This document shows positions 51,384-64,000 of a DNA stretch of 64,000 nt, piece by piece. The position numbers and the translations under genes were made by a program. Within the stretch, counting starts at the first letter, position 1. Every line of letters starts with the position of its first letter. The notes beneath the pieces were generated by a model. That model saw only the letters and a program-made list of their open reading frames with translations, was not told the origin of the DNA and searched no databases. Source of the stretch: Octopus sinensis (Eukaryota); contig NC_043005.1 of NCBI RefSeq assembly GCF_006345805.1, forward strand, positions 68,138,001 through 68,202,000, written 5' to 3'.

Positions 51384-52154
51384 GTTATTTCTTTATTGCT
51401 CACAATGGGCTAAACATAGAGGGGACAGACAAGGGTATTAAGTCGATTAAATCGACCCCAGTGCGTATCTGATACTTATTTAATCGACCCCGAAAGGACG
51501 AAAGGCAAAGTCGACCTCGGCGGAATTTGAACTCAGAACGTAACGGCAGACGAAATACCTATTTCTTTACTACCCACAAGGGGCTAAACACAGAGAGGAC
51601 AAACAAGGACAGACAAACGGATTAAGCCGATTACATCGACCCCCCAGTGCGTAACTGGTACTTATTTAATCGACCCCGAAAAGATGAAAGGCAAAGTCGA
51701 CCTCGGCGGAATTTGATCTCACCACGTAGCAGCAGACGAAATACCTATTTCTTTAGTACCCCACAAGGGGCTAAACACAGAGAGGACAAACAAAGACAGA
51801 CAAAGGGATTAAGTCGATTATATCGACCCCGGTGTGTAACTGCTACTTAATTTATCGACCCCGAAAGGATGAAAGGCAAAGTCGACCTCGGCGGAATTTG
51901 AACTCAGAACGTAACGGCAGACGAAATACCTATTTCTTTAGTACCCCACAAGGGGATAAATACAGAGAGGACAAACAAACGGATTAAGTCGATTATATCG
52001 ACCCCGGTGCGTAACTGGTACTTACCTAATCGACCCCGAAAGGATGAAAGGCAAAGTCGACCTCGGCGGAATTTGAACTCAGAACGTAGCGGCAGACGAA
52101 ATACTGCTAAGCATTTCGCCCGGCGTGCTAACGTTTCTCCCATTTCGCCGCCTT
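51384..52154 (-). mobile_element. Family B SINE tetramer with 14-bp TSD
   Basis: One head and four ~185-bp bodies. TSD AACATAATTGAAAT at 51370-51383 and 52155-52168. Confidence 0.93.
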
Positions 52155-53469
52155 AACATAATTGAAATCTTGGGCCGAATACTTCAACAGGTGCACATTT
52201 ATCTACTAAATTCGTTATTTCACAAAAACCTTATAATTATTAATCCCCACCACCACCACCACCACCACCATTTCATTTCCCTCCCACTTTGTCAATAGTT
52301 GTGTGGTTAATGTCTTTTAGAACCGACCACTAGTCAAGCACCACCCTCATAAGTCCATACGCAATAACCCCGATATAATATCAACACTAACAACGTGTTA
52401 TACAACCTTCGAACACACCATAACTACCTGTCGCTAACCATCATCATCGTATCATGCATTAACTATCTTATCTGTTATTATAACATAAACCATATCCAGA
52501 TACGTTATGTACGTATGCATGTATGTATAAGTGTCACAAAGTTAAAAAAAAAACAACAGAAATAACAGCTACCCAATCGTTATAATAATTGTAAAGCAGG
52601 CAACGTCCAGCTAGCATTCACTGAATGAACCTCTAAAATCACGGTTAGTCTTACATTTTTTCTTTTTTTTTTTTTTATACAAGTAACGAATGTAATTCTA
52701 GCATAACATAAAATAACTGTAGTCTCGACCCCCTTTTTAATTCATAAAAGCATGGTCATCTTATATTCGAATATGTATTTTCTTTCTATACAAACAGTAT
52801 ACAAACGGTTAATGTAGTTAAATTTTCCATTAACGGTGCCCACCATTGACAAACACTTAGCCTTATGTCTAAAGAAGAAGTCCTCTATCACGGTGGTGTT
52901 GTGACAAAATCGGCAGGTGTTGGTGTTGGACTGAATACGGTTGATTATTCACTTTCGTCTGTCTACCATTTTAAGTGATATTATACTGGAGTTGTCGTGA
53001 CCTTCCGAGGCAATACCTGAACTTGCACACCTACTGATCATCCCGTTGTTGTAGGTAATAACTAGAACTACTTAATTTATTATGTCTTTTATTTAATTCA
53101 AACTGCACGGTATAATTTAAGGGAAATTTGGAGCTATGTCTTGCAAGTCGAACAACCACATAGATTCTCATGTTGGTTCGTTTGTTGAGGGGACGCCCCC
53201 CCCCATTGAAATAAGTACTAGTGAGGTGTCAGGGGGTCTGATCATTACATAGTTGTCACCATGTATCAATGAAATAAATCATTATCCATAATAGTATTCC
53301 CTACTACAGGGCAGTAGCGAAATCGACATAACACGCTGCAACAGTATTTCTAGTGTGGGCTTCTCTATATCATGAGTTCAAATTTCACTAGGTCGATCGC
53401 GCGTTTTATCGCTAAGGTTAATTAGGTTAATTAATTTGACTTCTGATATATATTAATTTGACTTCTTTA

Positions 53470-53763
53470 CAAGCCTAGTCAGGCTCATGGGCCCGGTTTT
53501 CCGGTTTCTGTGGCGTATGTAGTCCTCTCAGCTGGACGGGACGCCAGTCCATCGCAGCGTTACTGAAGAAACAGGAAAAGAGAGTGAGTGAAAGTTGTGG
53601 CGAAAGAGTACAACAGGGGTCACTACCACCCTCTGCTGAAGCCTCGTAGAGCTTTTAGGTGTTTTCGCTCAATAAACACACACAACACCCGGTCTGGGAA
53701 TCGAAACCGCAATCCTCCGACCCCAAGTCCGCTGCCCTAACCACTGGGCCAATGCGCCTCCAC
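53470..53763 (-). mobile_element. Family D SINE (full length, D2 tail)
   Basis: Minus head GTGGAGGCGCATTGGCCCAGTGGTTAGGGCAGCGGAC, with tail as in 29840-30105. Confidence 0.87.
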
Positions 53764-54890
53764 TCTGATATGCTGATATAGAAATTAATTTGTTAATATG
53801 ATAAATAATATATTAGTACGGTCAGTTTAAGTGCCCCATATCATAAATTCCATTTACACTGTTTGGATTGGCAGTATTTAGATACAGCTTTCTTTGATCC
53901 GAGTTTAAACTAGTCGAGATCAGCTTTGCTATATACCCTTTTGGGTTGAGAAAATAAAGTATAAACAATTACGGGGATCAATATAATCAAGGTTCCTCTT
54001 TCTACCTATTTCTGGCCTTCGGCTTTTGTTAGAAACGATTATTTGTTTTACTATTTTTACCAGAATTCTTTATAAGCTAAAACTTTTTCAATGATGAAAT
54101 CTTGATTTTCACCTGATTTGATCTGTTTAAATATATACATTCTTTCCTTCGCTTTATCAAAATTGACACCCACCTAAAAGAGCCGTATCTCCCAGAAGAA
54201 AAAAAGTGAGGGGCAGGCGATAGTTTTTTATTGATTGGGGTTTGTTTCTCATCTGTGTTTCGCTACCGTCACTGAAATCAAATCATTATTAAGCTTCACG
54301 TGTGTAAATCAGGGACTCTCATTGTGTCTAAGTCCTAGTCTCTCGGCAGCTTTTACATTCGGATGCTTTTCATGGTCTTCAGGGATCTTTAGAAATCGCA
54401 ACATATTTCTTTCTTCTACAAAAGGCACAAATTTTAGTTCAAAAGAAACTATTTTCTCATATTTTGTAGCAAATGTCAAGGACGAATCAGTAAGTTCCAT
54501 GAGTCAAAAGGATTTCACTTTAATCCCCTTGATACCACCGATAATGCGCTCGAGAAAGGTACGGATATGAGGTCGCCTTATAAATCCCACCTTGAAAATG
54601 TAAAATATTGTCATTAGCAAAATATGTCAATGTTTGTTTTAAGATCATATCTTATTCTGAACTCTAGTGCGCCAGAGTAAACTTTGCTCTCGTTATCGGA
54701 GTCTCCCCACTCAACGCACACTATCTCCTCGGAAGCCAAATTCTCACAAATTCTGCCCAAAATAGAAAAGCAGAAACAAAATTAAAAAGAAAAAAAACTA
54801 CCTCACCAAAAATAGTAATATTTCCTTTTCTAAGAGCAATGAATATGATGCGAAGTATGAAATGCTGTTGAATAAAATAATTCATTTTCA

Positions 54891-55289
54891 TAGGTGCAGA
54901 TGTAGCAGTGTGGTAAGAAGCCTGCTTCCCAACCACATGGTTCTGGATTCAATCCCAGTGCTTGGCACTTTGGGGGCAAGTGTCTTCTACTATAGCCCCA
55001 GACCGACCAAAGCCTTGTGCGTGGATTTGGTAGACGGAAACTGAAAGAAGCCCGTCGTATATATCTATGTATATGTGAGTCCTTGTGTTTGTGTTTGTTC
55101 TCCCACTACCGCTTGACAACCGCAGTTGGTATGCTTGCATCCCCGTAACTTTGCAGTTCGGCAAAAATAACCGATAGAATAAGCGTCAGGCTTTAAAAAT
55201 GAACCCTCGGGTCAATTTGTGCGACAAAAGCACTTCAAGGCAGTACCCCAGCATAGACGCAGTCAAATGACAGAAACAAGTAGAAAAGA
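54891..55289 (+). mobile_element. Family A SINE (full length)
   Basis: TAGGTGCAGATGTAGCAGTGTGGTAAG head through GCAGTCAAATGACAGAAACAAG tail. Confidence 0.85.
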
Positions 55290-56299
55290 AATGCGTCGAA
55301 AGTTAAGATTGCTTAACCTTATACTACAACATTCCGAAGCAATAAAAATGCTGATAATAAAACTCTGGTGGCACCAAAGAAAATGGCGCTAGAAAGACCA
55401 GTCAGAGAAATCTCTCTTAAAACCCTGCGAATCCAGCTTAATTATATAATGAACATTAGACAATTCTTAAAACGATGAGGAACGAAATAATTAGTTTTAA
55501 TAGTTAATTATTATTTACAGAAGCAAAAGATAGGCCTCCAAAAAATTCAGGTGAATTTAGTTTAAGAGGAGGAAACACTATATACGTAATGAGGATTTAG
55601 GAATATCTTATAAATAAGTATTAATAAAAAGAACTTACTGGTCTCCGATTAAGAGAGAATGCAAGAAAAGTATTTTCAGTGAGAGAAAAGCATGCATACA
55701 AAATTTACCAAATGAACAACGGCTCTCTCCCATTCCTCTCTTTCTCTCACGCACTCCTCTACACAAAATTTCGGGCCTTGTGCATAGAGTAGAAAAGAAT
55801 GATATCAAGTTTGACAAAAGACTTACCAGAAACCCTTTACTAGAAATAGAAGTTAATAAACATATCAACTTAAGTAGAATGACAAAATGGAAAAATAAGT
55901 GCAAGGATACATATATATATTTTATAGAAATCAATAGTTTTAGTATGGTCAATAACGTTCACGTTTAGCTAACAAAGAAAAGATTAAAGTCTTTGAAACA
56001 TTCACAAAAAAAATTTCCTGTTAACCAAATCGTAACCATAGTTTTTATTTATTCATTTATTCATTTTTGTTAAATGAATATTTAGCCAAATAATCTACAG
56101 GAAGTGAGTTTCTTGGTAAACATAATTCAGTGACATAAAATATTTGAAAACTCCTCACTGAAGAATACTCTCAGTACCTATGGAAAGTATTCTTTGTTGG
56201 TCAATTTGTTTCTGTAGTAGATTTAGTGCGAATTTGGATGAGAAGCTTTTATTCTCATTCGCCAGCATCAACGGTCTAATTTATCGTTCTAAAACTCAT

Positions 56300-56673
56300 G
56301 TGAGGGTAAATTTGGAGTCCTTGGCACTATGCAGTGGCACCCAGTTCTAGTATTTGTGTAACCCTCGATGCCGAAGTTTGGGACAAGTCCTTCCAGGATC
56401 TTCCAGATGTATATTATGGCATATCTTTCTCGCCTACGTTCTAAGGAATAGAGTCTTAATCTCTTGAGTCAATAGCTTATGTGCTGCATAGAGGCTATCT
56501 TCTTCGTGTAGCTTCGTTGGATTGCTTTAAGTTCTGAGATTAATTTGACACTGGTTGGTGACCATAGCTGAGAGCAATAGTCAAAGTGGCTTAGGACAAG
56601 TGTCCTCCAGAGGACCATAATGGTTTCCTGGTCTCTTGTTCTAAAAGTTCTAAGAATTCATCCGGTCAGCCGC
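56300..56673 (-). mobile_element. CR1-like LINE fragment
   Basis: ILRTFRTRD, LSHFDYCSQLWSP, IQRSYTKKI, LRLYSLERRRERYAIIYIWKIL, with stops. Confidence 0.85.
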
Positions 56674-56855
56674 CTGCATTTTTATGTTGAACAAATTATA
56701 AACTTATGAATATATTACTGAAACTTCCACGCCACACCTATTTTATGTAACCATTTACTTCTTCATTTTACAGGGCCAAAGTGCTTACACTTTTATATCT
56801 GTACATACGTTTAAACATATATATATATATTTATATATATATATAAAACATCAGT

Positions 56856-57798
56856 ATGAAATGGAAAATCGCCACAGCCGTTATCTGTTGTTTTGGCGTA
56901 TTCAAAGGTTTACGACCATCTGAATCATACCTTACTTCTTATTTGACCTCTGCAGACATGAAGAATTTGTCAGTTGCTGATGTCAACAGCCAAGTTTATC
57001 CAGTATGGACATACAGCTACCTGGCTACTTTGTTCCTAGTCCTGCTCATAACCGATTATCTTCGTTACAAAATCGTCATCATTTTTGAAGCAATCGCTTA
57101 TATTATTACCTGGTTCCTGTTGCTATGGGGAAAAAGCATCCTTCATATGCAGTTGATGCAAGTAGTTTATGGTTTTGCTACGTCGACAGAGATCGCCTAC
57201 TATTCTTACATTTACGCTGCAGTCAGTGAAGATCATTACCGCAAGGTATCTGGTTTCGTACGTGGCAGTAACCTGATCGGTCGTTTTTTTGCCGCTATTG
57301 TTGGGCAGATACTTGTAATCTCAGGCGTTAATTATTTCAAGCTGAATATTATATCCACAGTTAACGTCTGCATCGCATTCGTCATTTCTATCTTCCTACC
57401 CAAAGTAGAAAAATCGTTCTATTTTCATAAACAAACTACAAATCAAAGTACTGAAGACATAGACTTGGATTCTGCAAATTATCAAAATACGATCAACAGT
57501 AGTAGCATCACCCAACTGGACACTGATTCAAGTATTCATAGCACCAAGGATGATAACAGAAATAACGACAATATTGTCAAAGTGTCTTTCAAAGACGGCA
57601 TTAAAAAAATGGCCAGAGATTTTATTCGATCTTACTCGCACCATGAACTTCTCATATGGTCATTTTGGTGGGCTATGGATTCCTGTGGTAATCTTCAACT
57701 TGGTAATTATATTCAAAACCTATGGATTGAAATAACGCCCAATCGTACGCATACACAGAATTACAACGGCGCCGTGGATGCTGCATCAATGGCTCTAA
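56856..57798 (+). CDS. SLC19A: SLC19-family thiamine transporter / reduced folate carrier, first coding exon
   Basis: Motifs FK.LRPSESYLT.YL, VYPVWTYSYL, TDYLRYK, YGFATSTEIAYYSYIY, WSFWWAM..CG, YNGAVDA, with multiple TM segments. Acceptor CTTCATTTTACAG at 56773 gives a short 5' UTR. Phase-1 donor A|GTAAGT at 57798/57799 falls at a position like the vertebrate SLC19A2/3 intron. Paralog not assignable, and downstream exons were not found in the window. Confidence 0.93.
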
Positions 57799-57888
57799 GT
57801 AAGTGTTTATTTTATTGTTAATTGCTTTGTTACTACTGCTTCTGTCATCATTTTGATGTTTTATTATCATCATAAAGTCAGTGGATAA

Positions 57889-58300
57889 AAGGCGGCGAGC
57901 TGGCAGAAACGTTAGCACGCCGGGCGAAATGCGTAGCCGTATTTCGTCTGCCGTTACGTTCTGAGTTCAAATTCTGCCGAGGTCGACTTTGCCTTTCATC
58001 CTTTCGGGGTCGATTAAATAAGTACCAGTTGCGCTCTGGGGGTCGATATAATCGACTTAATCCGTTTGTCTGTCCTTGTTTTTCCTCTCTGTGTTTAGCC
58101 CCTTGTGGGCAGTAAAGAAATAAGAAACGTTAGAACGCCAGGCGAAATGCGTAGCCGAGGTCGACTCTGCCTTTCGTACTTTCGGGGTCGATAAATTAAG
58201 TACCAGTTACGCACTGGGGTCGATGTAATCGACTTAATCCGTTTGTCTGTCCTTGTTTGCCGCCTCTGTGTTTAACCCCTTGTGGGTAGTGTAGAAATAT
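57889..58300 (+). mobile_element. Family B SINE dimer with 17-bp TSD, in SLC19 intron
   Basis: TSD ATAAAGTC(A/T)GTGGATAA at 57872-57888 and 58301-58317. The second unit is internally deleted. Confidence 0.92.
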
Positions 58301-58935
58301 ATAAAGTCTGTGGATAACAGAACAGTTAGAATACCGCTCAAAGCATCTTGTATTGTTTAAGTACGTCCTTTTGTGTGGTGTGTTTAAAGCTCATCGATTC
58401 GTTTTTACATTTCATCATTTTTTTTACTGTCAAGAACTGGAGTCGATGTAATTACCGATGCTGGAGAGCATTATTGTTGCTTAATTAAAGGTAGAATCTG
58501 TTTGGAGTTACATCTCGCTATGCTAAGATTCAAATTTTCGGTCGTTGTCAGTTTTGCTTTCCAGCCTTTCAGGGTCAATAAAACAAGATACCAGTCGTAA
58601 CAAAGCATTCGAATTTACCCATTCTAAATCATATGGATTTGTATTTATACTAGAAACCGCCATTAAATTACTTTCCTTTACGTTTTACGGTTTCATCTAT
58701 CTACTATCAATAAACTAAAAAGTGAATAGGCCAAGCTGACTCCGCTCATCCCGCAAAGTTTCTGGCCCTTTACCAATCTCAGGAACTATTATAAAGCTGT
58801 GACTGATCTAAAGAAGAGACCATAGGACAAACTGTTTTCTGATATTTATTGAGTTGTCCGGAAAGTTGATATTGGTAAAGGTAGGTTGTATAGTTGATAT
58901 TGGTAAAGGTAGATTGTATAGATGCAGGCATTCTA

Positions 58936-59502
58936 TTAGGTTCTCCGCAAAGTTCGTGCCGATTTATAGTGGCTTACCTTTCGACTTATTTTAGAACATG
59001 TTTGAGTCCATAAAATAGGATTTGACTACACTTCCATTTAGAACACAGTTTAAGCTATCTTTTCGTGGAAGAAGATTTATGTTCCTATAACCAGTGTTAA
59101 TTCTGTAACCCTTTAAATTGGAAGATAAGAAAATTCATTTCCGGCATTTGATGCTTTGGAAACCAGACAAAAATTGCTGCAGCTCGGCTGGGATGTGTTA
59201 CCTTGCCTTCCATATTCACCAGATATGCTCCTTCGGATGTTCACTTATTCAGGTCTCTGCAGAATAGTCTTAATAGTAAAAATTTCAATTCCTTGGATGG
59301 CGTAAAAAGATACCTTGATGAATTCTTTGCCATGAAACCACCTGAATTCTGGGAAGAGAATATTTTCAAGTTAAAGGAAAGATGGAAACGCATTGTGCAA
59401 CAAAATGGTTCATATTTGGTTGATTAAAAATGTAATGGCAAGTATTTATTGACCTTTTTCTTTCCTTTAAAAATCGGCATGAACTTTCTGGACAACCCCA
59501 AA
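58936..59502 (+). mobile_element. Internally deleted mariner (same family as 4001-4491)
   Basis: Imperfect TIRs. MEDKKIHFRHLML is fused to ETRQKLLQLGWDVLP..PYSPD.APSDVHLFRSLQNSL...WKRIVQQNGSYLVD*. Confidence 0.9.
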
Positions 59503-59931
59503 TTTATGTAACTTTGCCTTCTGAGTTGAGACTCCTCTCAGGTCGTCTTTGACTTTCGTCCCTTTGGGATTTATGAAATAAGTACCAGTTAAATACAAAG
59601 GTATATTTAATTGTTTCCAACGAACCAACAGCGTATGTGAACTTTTGCCAACGTACGAAGTCCTTAGATTGCAGGCAGTTTAGCCCCATATAAACCTTGA
59701 TCGAGCAGACCTATGTTATAAAGCATTCAAACTGCGACCATCATGTCAACTTTTTTGTTAGGGAGCTACATAATCTTGTGTGAACTTTCATTTCTTCTAA
59801 TCGATTAAAAATATGCTTGAAGGTGGAATCGAAACCAGATTGCCCCATTCTCTTCAGGCTTTACACATGACGATGTGAAGAATATTGTGTGTGTATCGAG
59901 ATAAATCGCTTATTTATCTACATCACTCTCT

Positions 59932-60016
<85 letters not shown>

Positions 60017-60100
60017 CACTAATATATATATATATTATCACTAATATATATATATAATATCACTAATATATATATATATATATATATATATCACTAATAT

Positions 60101-60169
<69 letters not shown>

Positions 60170-60176
60170 TATAGAC

Positions 60177-60257
<81 letters not shown>

Positions 60258-60360
60258 ATAATATATGTATAATGATAATAGTAGGAATATAATCCCAAAA
60301 CTTACAGGGAAGAATTCAATTCAACAATTTTAAATCAAATTTCACAATATATAATATATG

Positions 60361-60698
60361 TATATAATTTAGAGAAAAAAACTCTTTTAAACAATTCAAG
60401 ATTGAAAGATATTATTCACACCATATAGAAAACATATACTATAAAAACCTTATTGAAAAAAAATCAATAAAGTACAATAAATAGTAAATAGTAGTAGAAA
60501 GAATACGCACGTTTCATGGCTATATTTTCAAATAGATACTAATAATAAAATCAATTCGATTTAAAATTAAATCCATCTAAAATTAATTCTATTTAAAAAT
60601 ATAGTCACTCATCAGGACTAAAATAATAAATAATAAAAAAATAACAAAAAAAAAGAAATATACTTAACTTATGCTAATTATCAAATAAATATATATAA

Positions 60699-60755
<57 letters not shown>

Positions 60756-61048
60756 ATGTAGATAAATAAGGGATTTATTTTGATACACACACACGATATT
60801 CTTCACATCTTCATGTATATAAAAATTTTAGATCCAATTAATTTTAAATCGAATTGATATAATTATCATTATCTGCTTGAAAATATAGCCGTGAAACGTG
60901 CGTAGTTTTTTTTACTACTATTTCCTATTTATTGTACTTTATCGATTTTTTAAACAAGGTTTTTATAGTATATTGTTTTCAATATGGTGTGAATAATATC
61001 TTTCAATAATGAATTGTTTAACAGAGGTTTTTTCTCTAAATTATGTAC
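60361..61048. repeat. Diverged ~225-bp inverted duplication in a (TA)n field
   Basis: 60361-60584 versus 60824-61048, roughly 85-90% identical by eye, with (GA)n in the spacer. Confidence 0.82.
60500..60619 (-). ncRNA. Degenerate type I hammerhead with 21-bp stem II
   Basis: AGTC-CTGATGA-GTGACTATATTTTTAAATAGA...TCTATTTGAAAATATAGCCAT-GAAA-CGTGCG-TA. Core intact and 20/21 stem II pairs, but stem I is disrupted. Confidence 0.5.
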
Positions 61049-61049
61049 A

Positions 61050-61108
61050 TATAATATATGTATATGTATAATGTATATAAATATGATATATAATATATAT
61101 ATAAGATA

Positions 61109-61166
<58 letters not shown>

Positions 61167-61807
61167 ATATATATAATATATATATAATATATTATATATA
61201 TAATAAATATATATAATATATTATCATAATTATATAGAATATGCAATCTCTCTCTCTCTTCTCTCTTATATATATATATATATATATATTATATATTTTG
61301 TATATAATATATTATATATAATATATATATATATAATACGAATAATATGTTATATGATATATGTATAATATATATATATATAATATACATATATAATACA
61401 CGTATATAATATATATATTATATATTTATATATAATATATGTATAAGAAATATATATAAAAATATAATATATATATATTTATGATATAATATATATATGT
61501 ATACAGTATATATAATATATATTCAATATATATCTATATATATACACATATATATATATATACTACAATATATATATACATACATACAATATATATATAT
61601 ATATACATACAATATATATATAATATATATATATATATACATACAATAATATATATAATATATATATATATACATACATATATATATAATATATACGTAT
61701 ATACAATATATATAGATATATGTATACAATATATATTGTATATACATATTTATGCATATATATAACATACATAATACATACAAACATATAAACATACATA
61801 CACCATA

Positions 61808-61856
<49 letters not shown>

Positions 61857-61860
61857 TATT
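61050..61860. repeat. (AT)n-rich microsatellite field
   Basis: Low-complexity AT/AC runs. Confidence 0.95.
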
Positions 61861-62904
61861 TATATCTGCATATAAATACATGTTGACATGTGCAATGATT
61901 ATTCTACCCACAGCAAAAATTCCAATATTGAAATGAATCTCACCCACCACTACCATCCACCGGTTTTTATTTACTTATTATTTTTTTGACGTGCACTACA
62001 AGTTCTTAGTAATTCAGAATCAGCCAGAAGGTTTTTTTGAAAGAAAAATAGCAGATAGAAATCTCTCTTTCTGTCTCTCTCCCTCTCGCACGCACACATG
62101 CGCACTTATACACATTCACTGATACATACTCCCACTCTTGCACTGAGTTTACACCAAGGAATTATTGCTGTAAATTAGACGACAAAGTTCAATTGTCCAG
62201 TAATAAACATTGATCTCCTGATTTGGTGTAAGCTATTATTTTCGTCTATCGAATTTCATGTAAAATCTATTTTGGGGATGTCGGAAAATATATTTTTCCA
62301 GAAAGTAATTTTCAACTCGAGGCAAAGTTTTTTATGTTTGTATTTATATTTTAATATTTCATATTATACCAGCAGAAACAAAATATCGAATGAAATGTCG
62401 GTGCAAAGACCATGGTGCCAAGATAATTAGGTTTGCAATTTACCAAAAATCTGAACGCTGCTTTTTGCCCTGAAACCTTTGAGTAGTAAATTACTACTGC
62501 CGCTGTTTACGAGCTTCAACAGTTGGTTTAAATTTATGCTTAAATGCTCTACTACTACACACACACACACACACACACATACACATACACTCTGGCGAGC
62601 GCTCACACACACACACAAACTCGCGCACGTGCACTCACACATTGGCCCACGTACGCATGCACATACGCAGTGGGATGGTTTTAAACTGCCAGATCATTTT
62701 GGCTGGTGATCCTATAGGGAAAGTGATACATATTGAATTTTTGTGTATGATCCGAACTCGTACTTTTCGCAATTTGGCAAATGTGTTCTGACCAAAGAAA
62801 TTTTTCATGCTGGATTTCATTTAGGTAGAAATGATTTCTCTCTCATCTGGTCACTGTCCACATCTGTATGTAAATGTGCGTGCCTAATATATATACAAAG
62901 AGGG

Positions 62905-63493
62905 AGAGCGGCAAGCTGGTAGAATCGTTAGCACACCGGGCGAACTGCCTGGTGGTATTTCGTCTGCCATTACGTTCTGAGTTCAAATTCCACCGAGGTC
63001 GACTTTGGCTTTCATCCTTTTGTGGTCGATTAAATAAGTACCAGTTACACACTGGGGTCGATGTAATCGACTTAATTCCTTTGTCTGTCCTTGTTTGTCC
63101 TCTCTGTGTTTAGCCCCTTGTGGGTAGTAAAGAAATAGGTATTTCGTCTGCCGTTACGTTCTGAGTTCAAATTCCGCCAAGGTCGACTTTGCCTTTCATC
63201 CTTTCGGGGTCGATAAATAAGTACCAGTTACACACTGGGGTCGATGTAATCGACTTAATCCGTTTGTTTGTCCTTGTGTGTCCTCTCTGTGTTTAGCCCC
63301 TTGTGGGTAGTAAAGAAATAGGCATTTCGTCTGCCGTTACGTTCTGAGTTCAAATTCCGCCGAAGTCGACTTTGCCTTTCGTCCTTTCGTGGCCGATTAA
63401 ATAAGTACTAGTTACAAACTGGGGTCGATATAATCGACTTATTTCCTTTGTCTGTCCTTGTATGTCCCCTCTATGTTTAGCCCCCTGTGGGCA
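62905..63493 (+). mobile_element. Family B SINE trimer with 12-bp TSD
   Basis: One head and three bodies. TSD ATACAAAG(A/C)GGG at 62893-62904 and 63494-63505. Confidence 0.9.
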
Positions 63494-64000
63494 ATACAAA
63501 GCGGGTGCATGAATGCAGGTGCTTTATGTAAGCTTCTTTGTTAAACGTGAGACCCGACAAAAACGGCTATGTTCACAGTTCGTTTCTTTTGTGGTATTCT
63601 TTTTTTTTAATAGCTTCTATTTCTTTTTTTCTTTTTCTGTGTTCCAAATAATGATTTTAAATAGTTCACAGAGACACGAATTTATAAGGGAGAGATAATT
63701 TTGACCGAACTGTTGCCGTTTTAAAGCATATCCACACTGGACCATTGTCCTGGGGCCTCACGTCCCTCACGGTTTTAGAGGCTCAATTCTGATTTATGTA
63801 TACAGTAGCTTCCTGTTAATGAATACTGTAAGGTCCAGTGCATTGTACTACCCGGGGACCTCTAATGCTGGTAAGACATCCTTGCCGTTACCTATATTTA
63901 CCTACAGGTAATAAAAGTAAAGACGACCACATTGAGATATGAAATTAGGTCTTAAAAGCAAATGTGAATTTATGTGCGTGTCTCCATGACGTCTTGGTTT

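Noticed and set aside
54235-54570. ORFs 54235..54570 (+) and 54309..54500 (-)
   Set aside because: Short, with no convincing host-protein motif. It may be a LINE ORF1 relic but this is unsupported.
57673-57918. Antisense ORF over the SLC19 donor; treating 56856..57821 as a complete gene
   Set aside because: The ORF reads past a canonical GTAAGT donor at 57799 and covers only part of a 12-TM carrier. The antisense ORF is incidental.
63130-63145. AG|GT junction of SINE concatemers as a back-splice junction
   Set aside because: In monomers the flanking AG/GT signals are not positioned to produce this junction, and the 57889 dimer uses another junction.
63510-63545. Next SLC19 exon after GAATGCAG
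   Set aside because: The phase-1 frame hits a stop within about 9 codons and lacks SLC19 similarity.

Overview
AT-rich, microsatellite- and repeat-dense animal genomic DNA. The SINE repertoire looks like Octopus (recalled resemblance, not database-checked). Only two host coding segments are supported. One is the terminal exon of SF3A3 (2298-2375, +), too short for the ORF track. The other is the first coding exon of an SLC19 thiamine/reduced-folate carrier (56856-57798, +). The ~54 kb between them holds at least five tRNA-derived SINE families (some as head-to-tail concatemers inside a single TSD), CR1-, RTE- and L1/Tx1-like LINE remnants, a decayed Tc1, deleted mariners, two non-autonomous Helitrons, several palindromic MITE-like elements, and large (AT)/(AC)/(GT) fields that generate nearly all other ORF-track entries. 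The main finding is a set of independent non-coding element families carrying type I hammerhead ribozyme motifs: a 412-bp tandem retrozyme-like array (37.1-38.0 kb), a 2.1-kb hammerhead-delimited element with an inverted 5' arm (32.9-36.4 kb, sister copy at 12.0-13.0 kb), a tRNA-headed SINE fused to a minimal hammerhead within a 13-bp TSD (48.0-48.5 kb), core-variant minimal motifs (11.6, 16.5, 20.1 kb) and a long-stem-II motif (60.5 kb). Most sit in (TA)n tracts and show the tandem/inverted architecture known from Penelope-like elements. Folds were derived by hand and ribozyme activity is untested.
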